IMG/VR virus record: IMGVR_UViG_3300031952_000007
Span: 14,504-78,503 of that record
Strand: one strand, 5' to 3'
Length of the DNA stretch: 64,000 bases
Origin: a virus
Taxonomy: Duplodnaviria; Heunggongvirae; Uroviricota; Caudoviricetes; Crassvirales
Shown one piece after another: positions 17,717-25,788 of the stretch. The notes under the pieces were generated by a model. It was not told the origin of the DNA. It did not search any database and saw nothing but the letters and a program-made list of their open reading frames with translations. How positions within the stretch are numbered: position 1 is the stretch's first letter; the number at the start of each line of letters is the position of its first letter. A program made the translations under genes and the position numbers.

Positions 17717-17880
17717 TTAGACTATATCATCACCTGTTCTAGGTGCTGGACGCTTATTCCTGTTATTAAGAAGACTTTACTTCTCAGGTAGTCGTTGAAC
17801 CTTCTTAGAATGTATTCTAAGCTTGGCTGCTGATTGTCCTAACTTCACTGTTAGGAGTTCCAGCAATTCATCCAGTTTTT
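17717..17880 (-). mobile_element. group I intron core (third copy), no homing-endonuclease ORF
   Basis: Minus-strand P GAUGAAUUGCUGGAACUCC (+17854..17873), Q AAUCAGCAGCCAAGC (+17822..17839), P6 hairpin cuuagaaugcauucuaag, R GUUCAACGACUAC (+17789..17804), S GAUGAUAUAGUCUAAUC (+17720..17732). Elements are in the same order and near-identical in sequence to introns 1 and 2. Confidence 0.5.
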
Positions 17881-17966
17881 AATTAAGTATTCCTACTTAA
17901 TGGGTCCAATTCCCAAACCCTGGTCTTTTCAAGACCCAATAAATCCATTTTTACAAGCTTAGATCT

Positions 17967-17994
17967 TGTCACAATTATTTTAAAAATTGTGACA
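17967..17994. repeat. perfect 10-bp inverted repeat TGTCACAATT-n8-AATTGTGACA
   Basis: Read directly in the sequence; AT-only 8-bp spacer attttaaa; sits in the ~700-bp noncoding stretch between intron 3 and the terminator at 18346. Confidence 0.8.
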
Positions 17995-18345
17995 TAATCA
18001 GTAAGGGAAACTAACCAGTGGTATAAAAGCCACCAGCTCCACCATCTAGTTTATGAACTAGAAAACTAACTTTCTTTTTACACCATATAGTCTTAGGTGG
18101 TAGAATTCTCAAGATGTCTCAAGCTCTTACGATTGTAACTATTATGTTCCTTGGACAGTTACCATCCAGAGAACTACGCTGCTACAGCAACATTAGCAAA
18201 AGCCATGTTGATGATCATTGCACCTTCGTTCTGACGTACTAACTTAGAGTTGTCGTTTGATTGTTAATCAGTGTCTTTGAGTACTGACTGCCTCTTGCTT
18301 GTGAACCTACCTGATACATGAAAATCAAATGCCATACCACCCCCA

Positions 18346-18380
18346 TTTGAAAAAATATTTGCAGAGAATTTCTCCTCTGC
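18346..18380 (-). terminator. rho-independent terminator
   Basis: Minus strand: TTGCAGAG-gagaaatt-CTCTGCAA followed by atATTTTTTC, directly 3' of the stop at 18401. Confidence 0.6.
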
Positions 18381-18400
18381 AAATATAATCATTCTTGTTA

Positions 18401-18613
18401 TTACTTTCTAACAAATTTATGTCTAACAAAAATATTCTTAAATTCTCCTGATGGAGAATAATAATATCTGTTATTAGATATAACTATGCGTTCTTCTTTT
18501 GATGGAGCAAATATAGCTTCCATCAATTTCCTACAATTGTCATTAGGTGTATACACCTGAATGTGTTCCCTTGAGTGCATTCTTGATGAATACACTAATG
18601 TGTAATTTGCCAT
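18401..18613 (-). CDS. hypothetical protein (70 aa)
   Basis: Co-oriented ORF followed by a terminator. Confidence 0.45.
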   Translation of the reverse strand: MANYTLVYSSRMHSREHIQVYTPNDNCRKLMEAIFAPSKEERIVISNNRYYYSPSGEFKNIFVRHKFVRK

Positions 18614-18633
18614 TTGTGTGTGGTTTTTGATTG

Positions 18634-19047
18634 TTAGAAATATAATTTGATGTGATCGTTAAACATTTCTGCTTTTGTAGGCTTAAAATCAAATGAGAAA
18701 CCTTGTGGAAATGAAATAGATTCTTTCTTTACAATATCTATATCAACTCTTTTCTCAATGTTGTCCTTTGGGGCAACTCTATCACTTATTTTTACATAAC
18801 AAGAAGTTTTTTTAACAATCCAAACAATTTCATTATTGTCAATTATAACTTCATTATTCTTAATACTATACATTCTACTTCTAACATTGCTAAATGATCT
18901 ATTTAGTTTAGGAGCTAAATATTCTGCTGCTTTATATATGGTGCTAAATTTTTCCATACATGTAATTGCTGCTTTCATTTCTGATACTGTCCAAAATTTA
19001 AATGCTCTCATAATTTTTTTTTTAAAATGATTAGTTAATTTTTGCAA
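18634..19047 (-). CDS. hypothetical protein (137 aa)
   Basis: Co-oriented ORF. Confidence 0.5.
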   Translation of the reverse strand: MQKLTNHFKKKIMRAFKFWTVSEMKAAITCMEKFSTIYKAAEYLAPKLNRSFSNVRSRMYSIKNNEVIIDNNEIVWIVKKTSCYVKISDRVAPKDNIEKRVDIDIVKKESISFPQGFSFDFKPTKAEMFNDHIKLYF

Positions 19048-19648
19048 TACAACACATACACGATGTGTCTTTGTAATTTAAATAAATGTACTCGTTACCC
19101 TTGTCTGTGTGATAAACTTTATACTCTCTAGGAGAGAATTTAGTTACCACTGATACAATCTCTTCTCCTTTTGCTTTAAAGAACGTTGATATTGTTTCAA
19201 TGTCTTTAATTCTTCTAGAGAATGTCATTATAAAGTTCTTATTAAACTTCTTGATATGTTCTTTCATATATCTAACTGTAGAACAATAATCAAGATCGTA
19301 GAGAACATCATCTCTATCAGCATCAGCACTTAATATGTTTCCATATCTTAATGCAACAGTAGAATCTACTTCTCTCATTTGTTTCATTAGAACACCCATG
19401 TCTGATTCAAAGATTTCAAAATGATTAAAACCTTTCGATTTACAATATTGTAAATAGGCTTTAATATCTGGACCAGCTAGTCCTATGATTTTATTAAATT
19501 GCTTTAACACAAAGAAAGAGAACAAGAACTCTCTCACTGCTCTCTTTTCAGGTGAATCTTCATAACTTACTTTTGTTGCCATGATTTCTAGTTTTGAATT
19601 ATTGTATATCTGATTTATCGTTATCAATAAAATATCTATATAATACAT
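19031..19648 (-). CDS. hypothetical protein (true start probably the internal Met at 19582)
   Basis: The ORF's first 22 codons overlap the upstream secreted-protein gene; MATKVSYED... is the likely start. No reliable motif. Confidence 0.45.
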   Translation of the reverse strand: MYYIDILLITINQIYNNSKLEIMATKVSYEDSPEKRAVREFLFSFFVLKQFNKIIGLAGPDIKAYLQYCKSKGFNHFEIFESDMGVLMKQMREVDSTVALRYGNILSADADRDDVLYDLDYCSTVRYMKEHIKKFNKNFIMTFSRRIKDIETISTFFKAKGEEIVSVVTKFSPREYKVYHTDKGNEYIYLNYKDTSCMCCIAKIN

Positions 19649-20000
19649 TTTTATATATCACACAGAACACTCTTGACTTATCGTCATCATCCATTGTTAT
19701 GATGGCTATATTACATTTTCTACCTTTTTCATCCTTTACTACATCATAATGTAATGTTGAATAATCACTTCCATACTCAATTTTTCCTTTTCCATAAATT
19801 CTATATCTTGAATATGCTCTATCAGTAACATAAAAGTTTACACCATCAAACACAATTCTAACATTGAGATCATAAAGTTGACCATATGTCCATTTATTTG
19901 ATACTAATATACCTTTTTGACCATAGTCAGCTATTAAGACTTGTGCATTAACGCACACAGATGTAATAACAATTGTTATCACTAATAATAATTTTTTCAT
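19599..20000 (-). CDS. secreted protein with N-terminal signal peptide (133 aa)
   Basis: MKKLLLVITIVITSVCVNAQ is a typical Bacteroidetes signal peptide. Confidence 0.55.
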   Translation of the reverse strand: MKKLLLVITIVITSVCVNAQVLIADYGQKGILVSNKWTYGQLYDLNVRIVFDGVNFYVTDRAYSRYRIYGKGKIEYGSDYSTLHYDVVKDEKGRKCNIAIITMDDDDKSRVFCVIYKNVLYRYFIDNDKSDIQ

Positions 20001-20007
20001 ATAAGTT

Positions 20008-20619
20008 TTATTTAAAATTAATTACGCATATATAATACCCAAGGTTGTGCTTTTGTATTGATACTCCAGCTTGTGTATAATTTGGTGATGTTATAGCTAA
20101 TCTATGGCCATATTTGGGATTGCCTATATCAATAAGAAAATCCATAATAATATCTACAGCTTCATAGCTGTCATAAGATATAACCTCACACAAATACGAC
20201 ATTCCTTGAATATCCTCTTTTGTAACTCTATCGTGTCCAAATTTATTATAACTTGCAAAAGCATGTACTAATGCACTATTGTAAGCTATAGCATCTGGAT
20301 ATATGAGTCCTAATGGTTGAACAGTTTGCATATAAGGAATTAGATTTTTATACTCTATTGTATTCCTTACAGTCTTCCATCTCTTAGGAAAATCATATTG
20401 CTTAATAACTGTATTTCTAAATAGATTAGGACTTGTACGCATACAATTTAACACCCATATAACATCTCTTTCTCTTTGTGTCATGTACAAATCATCTTTA
20501 GCTGTATTACATGTATTATATTTAACATCATCCCATTGAGCGTCATAAAGACTCAATGGATTCTGAGCAGATGTATATAATGAAACAATAAGAGCACATA
20601 ACAATAAACGGTATTTCAT
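20008..20619 (-). CDS. secreted CAP/SCP/PR-1-superfamily protein
   Basis: Signal peptide MKYRLLLCALIVSLYTSAQ. C-terminal GHRLAITSPNYTQAGVS...YYICVINF resembles the CAP signatures GHYTQVVW and YYVCNY. Confidence 0.55.
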   Translation of the reverse strand: MKYRLLLCALIVSLYTSAQNPLSLYDAQWDDVKYNTCNTAKDDLYMTQRERDVIWVLNCMRTSPNLFRNTVIKQYDFPKRWKTVRNTIEYKNLIPYMQTVQPLGLIYPDAIAYNSALVHAFASYNKFGHDRVTKEDIQGMSYLCEVISYDSYEAVDIIMDFLIDIGNPKYGHRLAITSPNYTQAGVSIQKHNLGYYICVINFK

Positions 20620-20635
20620 AAAATTGGGTTTAATA

Positions 20636-20671
20636 ATTAAAAATAGCCTCTAACAAATTAATGTTAGAGGC
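20636..20671 (-). terminator. rho-independent terminator
   Basis: Perfect 10-bp stem gcctctaaca / tgttagaggc with loop aattaa; on the minus strand it is followed by TATTTTTAA. Confidence 0.5.
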
Positions 20672-20702
20672 TCATTTCCAAATCCACACACCTGAATTAG
20701 CT

Positions 20703-20876
20703 CATGTGAACAATACGCCTGTCGTACATCATGCTCACTCTAAATTCTCTACACCATTCTTCGTAGGTTATATTTTCATTTGGTCTCACAGTTTTAAACC
20801 TGCAAGTTATTCTGTCTCTTGATACTTCGTTTCTGAGAACAAAAGCGTTAATCTTTTCAATAATGCTCATATAAAA
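20703..20876 (-). CDS. small hypothetical protein (57 aa)
   Basis: Unlisted ORF MSIIEKINAFVLRNEVSRDRITCRFKTVRPNENITYEEWCREFRVSMMYDRRIVHMS, lying between two terminator hairpins. Confidence 0.25.
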
Positions 20877-20882
20877 TAGTTT

Positions 20883-21458
20883 TTAATCATAATCAAAATC
20901 ATCACCTGAACTTTTAGCTTCACCAGATCCTCCACAACTCATGCATCTTGTATGAGGAAAAGGTCCTTCACCTGTTCCACTGCACAAACTGCACATGTTT
21001 TCATCACTCTCCTCTTCATTCTCCTCATTATCAAAACTTGCATTTTTTACAAGTTTCGCTATTTCAGATCTAATTACAACTTTGTTATTATATAATAAAG
21101 GCTCTATTCCCTCATCATCAAATTCAACCTCAATGTCTCCATCATCAGCTAGAATTTTATTGATTTGGCCAATAGTGATGTCTGATAGTTCTTCATGCTC
21201 ATCACCTTCATCAAACCAACCTATTTGATCATGAAGAGCAACTTCCTCCATCTCATCAAGATTAGGATTACCTTCCCATATAATGTTCAAGTGAACAGGA
21301 AATCCATTATCAACTATATAACCTCTTTGATCATTAGAAACCTTATTTAATTCATACACCTGATGTGCATCATTTACAATCCTACTAAACAACATACCAA
21401 CAATGAGCTCATCATCAGGCATATAGTTCTTTAGAACTAGTTTACAATCTATAAACAT
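20883..21458 (-). CDS. highly acidic protein with C-terminal DnaJ-type zinc finger (2x CxxCxGxG)
   Basis: C-terminus CSLCSGTGEGP...CMSCGGSGE; long Asp/Glu-rich stretches (DEGDEHEELSD, DNEENEEESDEN). Confidence 0.55.
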   Translation of the reverse strand: MFIDCKLVLKNYMPDDELIVGMLFSRIVNDAHQVYELNKVSNDQRGYIVDNGFPVHLNIIWEGNPNLDEMEEVALHDQIGWFDEGDEHEELSDITIGQINKILADDGDIEVEFDDEGIEPLLYNNKVVIRSEIAKLVKNASFDNEENEEESDENMCSLCSGTGEGPFPHTRCMSCGGSGEAKSSGDDFDYD

Positions 21459-21479
21459 ATAATTATTTTTTAATGTTAA

Positions 21480-21692
21480 TTAAGATTTTTTTAATTTAGC
21501 AAGCAATCTATCTTTTACACTAGATTCATCATTATAGAAATTATAATTTAAATTAGAAGCTTCAACAATATATGAATATATCAATTCTCCATAAGAAGAA
21601 TAAAATTGTTTTAATGCTTCTACTTTGTTATCAGCTTCTATTATTGCTGTATTAGATCCATTTTCTCCTTCGTAACCTATTCTGTATACCAT
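21480..21692 (-). CDS. hypothetical protein (70 aa)
   Basis: Co-oriented small ORF. Confidence 0.4.
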   Translation of the reverse strand: MVYRIGYEGENGSNTAIIEADNKVEALKQFYSSYGELIYSYIVEASNLNYNFYNDESSVKDRLLAKLKKS

Positions 21693-21712
21693 AATAATTA
21701 TTTTTGTGTGTG

Positions 21713-21745
21713 TGGAAAAAGAGCTCTCTAATTAAAGAGAGCTCT
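21713..21745 (-). terminator. rho-independent terminator
   Basis: Perfect stem agagctctct / agagagctct with loop aattaa; T-run on the minus strand (ttttt). Confidence 0.5.
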
Positions 21746-21910
21746 ATGTTGGTTGGTTTTTCAATAGCCTAAAGCGGCTAAATCATCTGTAGAAGCTGTA
21801 ACAAATACAACTCCTATTTTAATGTAGTAATCAAAAAAGAAATTGCTAATATCTTTAAACATTACAAATTCTATTGGTGTCATTGTTATTTCTGACATGG
21901 TTTCTAGTTT

Positions 21911-22276
21911 TTAATTATTAAAATAATATTTGTTCAATTCATATTGCTCATAGTCCCTACTAATACCCCAGATATATTCAGGATTAAGAATGCACACATT
22001 AAGTTGTACATATCCTGAAAATACTACCTCGTCTGTTAATGTTACAATATCATTAACTAATAGAAAATGAAGAACACCTTCATTCTCTGCATAGTCTTTG
22101 ATTAACACTTCATCCATCTTAATATCTATTTCAGGCATATTTACAGTGCATACAGTAAATAGCAAATCTGAATCAACTTGAATCAGTTCAATACAATGCC
22201 TACAATTTTCATATTGTGTAATTTTAACACGTACTTCATAGCTTCTATTGTCTTCGGTAATAATGAATGTTTTCAT
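21911..22276 (-). CDS. hypothetical protein (121 aa)
   Basis: Co-oriented ORF. Confidence 0.5.
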   Translation of the reverse strand: MKTFIITEDNRSYEVRVKITQYENCRHCIELIQVDSDLLFTVCTVNMPEIDIKMDEVLIKDYAENEGVLHFLLVNDIVTLTDEVVFSGYVQLNVCILNPEYIWGISRDYEQYELNKYYFNN

Positions 22277-22299
22277 TTTAATTTTTTTGTGTGTGAATA

Positions 22300-22340
22300 A
22301 TAATAAAATAAAATAGGCTCATGTATAGAAATACACGAGC
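22300..22340 (-). terminator. rho-independent terminator
   Basis: Stem gctcgtgta / tacatgagc (one mismatch), followed on the minus strand by a T-rich run tattttattttatt. Confidence 0.45.
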
Positions 22341-22358
22341 TCTGTCCCTAAACCCTAA

Positions 22359-22520
22359 TTATTTTCTAACATTACCAAAACTAAATCTTGTTGTTCCAGC
22401 TTGTTTGTACCAAAAATCTTTTTCTTGAGCTGGACAGCCCATTCCTCTTGATGAAGCACAAGAGGTGAATAAAATAGCAACCATAGCTACTAATACGATT
22501 GATAAGAATGTTTTTTTCAT
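22359..22520 (-). CDS. small lipoprotein (53 aa)
   Basis: Unlisted ORF MKKTFLSIVLVAMVAILFTSCASSRGMGCP... with signal peptide plus lipobox-like FTSC; followed by a terminator. Confidence 0.4.
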   Translation of the reverse strand: MKKTFLSIVLVAMVAILFTSCASSRGMGCPAQEKDFWYKQAGTTRFSFGNVRK

Positions 22521-22533
22521 TGTGTGTGGTTTT

Positions 22534-22752
22534 TTATTTGTTTCTGTAATAATTATCTATAAATATCCATGCTACCATATATCCAACGAAGGATATTGCT
22601 GATAATAGAATGGCATTATTTGTGGATGGTGGAAGATAAACAATCACTAACCACAATAACAATGTGGTTAGTAATATCATTATTATTCCAAATCCTAAGC
22701 TGATTATATTCCTCATAGTTTTATTTTTTATAAGATGATGAATTAAAATCAT
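22534..22752 (-). CDS. small membrane protein (2 TM helices)
   Basis: Two long hydrophobic segments in 72 aa. Confidence 0.5.
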   Translation of the reverse strand: MILIHHLIKNKTMRNIISLGFGIIMILLTTLLLWLVIVYLPPSTNNAILLSAISFVGYMVAWIFIDNYYRNK

Positions 22753-22927
22753 CTACTATATAACCACATAAAATACCACCAAACATCATGTACATAACGT
22801 CCCATCCTACACAACTCACTACTTCATTCCATGATACAGGGAATATTAGCACTATAAGAGAAGTGAGGATTGTATATAGTCCAAAGAATGAACCTATATA
22901 TAACAAAATTGATTTAATAAACATCAT
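22721..22927 (-). CDS. small membrane protein (2 TM helices)
   Basis: Two hydrophobic segments in 68 aa; overlaps the downstream TM-protein gene. Confidence 0.5.
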   Translation of the reverse strand: MMFIKSILLYIGSFFGLYTILTSLIVLIFPVSWNEVVSCVGWDVMYMMFGGILCGYIVDDFNSSSYKK

Positions 22928-23207
22928 AATAAATAGTTTTTAATTGTTTAACATATAAATTACCAAATAAGTACTTGCTGCAAGCATTACAAGAATGCCA
23001 TAAATTTTAATTGCTATTTCTTTTTTCATTTTTTAAGTTTTAAATATTGATTAATAATAATATAACACATACATAAGAAGATGATTGGCTCAATAATACA
23101 AAAGATCCATACATTAATTTCTTTATATGTTATGTTAAATGAATTGGCTAATTGTTCTAACGTTAATTCACATTTATAGAATACAACGTTTGCAAATTCT
23201 TTCATAG

Positions 23208-23450
23208 TTATTGATTATCTGAAATGATGAGACTATCTAATTGATTTTGTCTCACTGTACCAACTAAATGATAAGCTTTATCAAACACACCATATACTAA
23301 TCCATTAGGAGTGTCAATCACTATAAATACATATTCATAATCATGTATTATCATAACTTTCTTTGTTGGTTCAGAATTACAAGATGATAGAGCAATGACG
23401 ATTAATGCTATTACCAACACTACAATTTTAATCTTTAATAACTGTTTCAT
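23208..23450 (-). CDS. small lipoprotein (80 aa)
   Basis: Signal peptide followed by LSSC lipobox (MKQLLKIKIVVLVIALIVIALSSCNSE). Confidence 0.5.
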   Translation of the reverse strand: MKQLLKIKIVVLVIALIVIALSSCNSEPTKKVMIIHDYEYVFIVIDTPNGLVYGVFDKAYHLVGTVRQNQLDSLIISDNQ

Positions 23451-24008
23451 TTTAATTTGTTTTAGGTGTGTAAAGAAATAAAAAATAAGCAGTTTAATGA
23501 CATGTTCAGGTCTTTGGCCTAATTCATTGCATCAGAGTACAATGAACCATAATGGCCTGGGGATGGAATACATTCATCTTTAACCATATAGGTATAAATC
23601 CAGACAAAGATCCTTAAATGAAAGGCTTGGTTACCCTCTCTCACCGTTTAGCAGGTTGAAGCTGAAGATTATTTCATATCTACAAATATATTAGAGCATA
23701 CGTTCCCTAATAATGTTGTTTTATCCCTTCTGCATTTAAACCATAATAGAAAAGTCAAAAACTATTATAAATTTAATTATCCCTTAGGAGAATAAAATGA
23801 TGCATTAGATAATACAATTACACTTTATGCCATATATATTGCATGAATATACAATTACAGCTGTTAAAAATTAACGTAATAATCCAAAGAGGGTTACACA
23901 CCATCTCTCAAATCATTGTAAATCAATTAGTTCTACAATATTTCCCACCCCAAAGAAGCAAATGCATCCCACCCATATATATACAATGCAATTAAACGCA
24001 CTGTAACA

Positions 24009-24048
24009 ATAAGAAAAGACTCTCCCCTATTGTAAGGAGAGAGTCTTT
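24009..24048 (-). terminator. rho-independent terminator
   Basis: Stem aaagactctcc / ggagagagtcttt; on the minus strand followed by TTTTCTT. Lies 5 nt after the stop of 24053..24451. Confidence 0.55.
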
Positions 24049-24052
24049 AGTG

Positions 24053-24451
24053 TTAAGCAAGCTCTAACAAGCTGTTAATAGCAGCCTCGTTTAAACCAGC
24101 AGCAGTAGCACTGGTCTTGATTGCAGCTTTAATCTCAATGTCTAAGGTTGCTGTGTCTACATGCGCAGCAGTGATTGCTTCTTTGGTAGCAAACACGCTC
24201 AATGCTGACAATCGCTGAGTTTCTACGAGTGTACCATCCGCGTTAAGCTGTGGTTTACCCTCAGCATCGTAAGGATTGATTGTTTTTAAATCACCAATGA
24301 TGTAGAATGGGAATGCAGGCATTGCACCATCCTCAAGGTTTAAGCCAGCCATTTGAGCTTTACCAATAAAGATTTTCTCGCCTAATGCAGTGTAAGCTGT
24401 AAAGTTACCTGCTTTGCTAAAAGAGCCTGAGTTGATTGAATAATTCTTCAT
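24053..24451 (-). CDS. hypothetical protein (132 aa); compositionally atypical, probably highly expressed
   Basis: GC- and Ala/Gly-rich codon usage (gct, gca, ggt), unlike its neighbours. GC-rich leader directly upstream and a strong terminator downstream. Confidence 0.55.
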   Translation of the reverse strand: MKNYSINSGSFSKAGNFTAYTALGEKIFIGKAQMAGLNLEDGAMPAFPFYIIGDLKTINPYDAEGKPQLNADGTLVETQRLSALSVFATKEAITAAHVDTATLDIEIKAAIKTSATAAGLNEAAINSLLELA

Positions 24452-24764
24452 AACGTAGTATTTAATAATGAGGTTGTGCGTTACATCGAATGGGGAGTAC
24501 CCCCAACCGCACCAACTCCCGTAGGGGATTCAGCATGGAGTAACCTCCCCCCTCATCTATATAAAAAATTTTTCAATCACCATAGATAGCACACCCCCTA
24601 GTTTTGGAAAAAAATTTTATTGTTCCACATGAAACAATTTCCCCTCTTACAGCTTAATTTATTCACACATGTTAATATGTATTTTTGTTGTATGTTATTT
24701 ATCCCTATCTTTAGGGCGTGTGGGTGGGGAAGGACTAATACACATTTCAATATAAATCGTTCAT

Positions 24765-25004
24765 ATGGTAGAATCAATATTGTTCTTTATAGGTTTCTTG
24801 ATTGGATTTAATATCTATTGGGGTTTTAGAAGATGTGATGAATTACACATAGTGTTTGAATGGAATTTGCTCACTAGTCCATTTTATAATATAGGACCAT
24901 CGTTCAATCTATACAAAAACCCAGATGGTAGTATAGAAGAAGAATTAAAAATTGGTTTATTCTTTCTTACAGTGATGTTCATATTCTGGAAAGAAAATGA
25001 ATAA
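24765..25004 (+). CDS. small membrane protein (79 aa)
   Basis: Two hydrophobic segments; first rightward ORF after the divergent intergenic region. Confidence 0.3.
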   Translation: MVESILFFIGFLIGFNIYWGFRRCDELHIVFEWNLLTSPFYNIGPSFNLYKNPDGSIEEELKIGLFFLTVMFIFWKENE

Positions 25005-25085
25005 ATTGCATAATATAGCAATGTATTAAATAAAGGTATTTGTGTATATTGTTATTATATATATCTTTGCTCTAATTAACTAAAT

Positions 25086-25433
25086 ATGGAAAAGACTATT
25101 GTTCAAAAACTTAAACGTCCAGAGAAGGATAATTATGCTGTAGCTGAGAAGTATTACAGTGTGCTTTCTGCTATTAATAATTTGAAGCTTACACAGAGAG
25201 AGATTCAGCTTGTAGCATTTACAGCTATTAAGGGTAATATTTCTTATGCTAATAATAGAGATGAATTTTGTACAAAGTATAAAACCACGTCTCCTACAAT
25301 TAATAATATTATTAGTAAGCTTAAGAAGATTGGGGTGTTTATTAAGGATGGTAGTAAGGTGAAAGTTAATCCTGTTATTATTCTTCCATTTGAGAATGAT
25401 GTACAGTTACAAATAAACATAGTACATGGATAA
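25086..25433 (+). CDS. hypothetical protein (115 aa)
   Basis: Co-oriented ORF overlapping the next gene by 8 nt. Confidence 0.5.
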   Translation: MEKTIVQKLKRPEKDNYAVAEKYYSVLSAINNLKLTQREIQLVAFTAIKGNISYANNRDEFCTKYKTTSPTINNIISKLKKIGVFIKDGSKVKVNPVIILPFENDVQLQINIVHG

Positions 25434-25788
25434 GCCACAATCAATGTCCATTAAGGACTATTTAATTAGGCTGCTTGCTATAAAGATGCTTACAAGTGAA
25501 AAGACAATTGAGGCTGTTGTTAATCATCAGTTTAATTCTGCTAATGATGCTCTTAAACAAAATTATAGTGTAGAGCTGGCAGGGTTTGGAAAGTTTTATT
25601 TTAATTACAAGAAGGCTGCTAAGAGATTGGCTGCTTATACAAATAATTTAAAGGATCTTAATGAAGCAATATTAGACCCTTCTATTACAGAAGCTAAAAG
25701 AAGCAAACTGGAAGAGAAGATATATAACGTTACACAAGCTATTTTAGAATTAAAACCAAGAGTAGATGAATTTCAAGCAAATTTATGA
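25426..25788 (+). CDS. HU/IHF-like DNA-binding protein
   Basis: SIKDYLIRLLAIKMLTSEKTIEAVVNHQFNSANDALKQNYSVELAGFGKFY is colinear with the HU fold (dimerisation helices, then V.L.GFG.F at the start of the beta-arm). Confidence 0.6.
   Translation: MDKPQSMSIKDYLIRLLAIKMLTSEKTIEAVVNHQFNSANDALKQNYSVELAGFGKFYFNYKKAAKRLAAYTNNLKDLNEAILDPSITEAKRSKLEEKIYNVTQAILELKPRVDEFQANL

Noticed and set aside
17881-18345. Short minus-strand ORFs (e.g. MDLLGLEKTRVWELDPLSRNT, MAFDFHVSGRFTSKRQSVLKDTD) as the 5' exon of intron 3
   Set aside because: None is clearly in frame with, or positioned relative to, the P1 region in a way that lets me reconstruct a convincing exon junction; left unresolved.
19031-19648. SAM-dependent methyltransferase assignment
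   Set aside because: IIGLAGPD and DLDYC only loosely resemble motif I and motif IV of methyltransferases; not enough to call.
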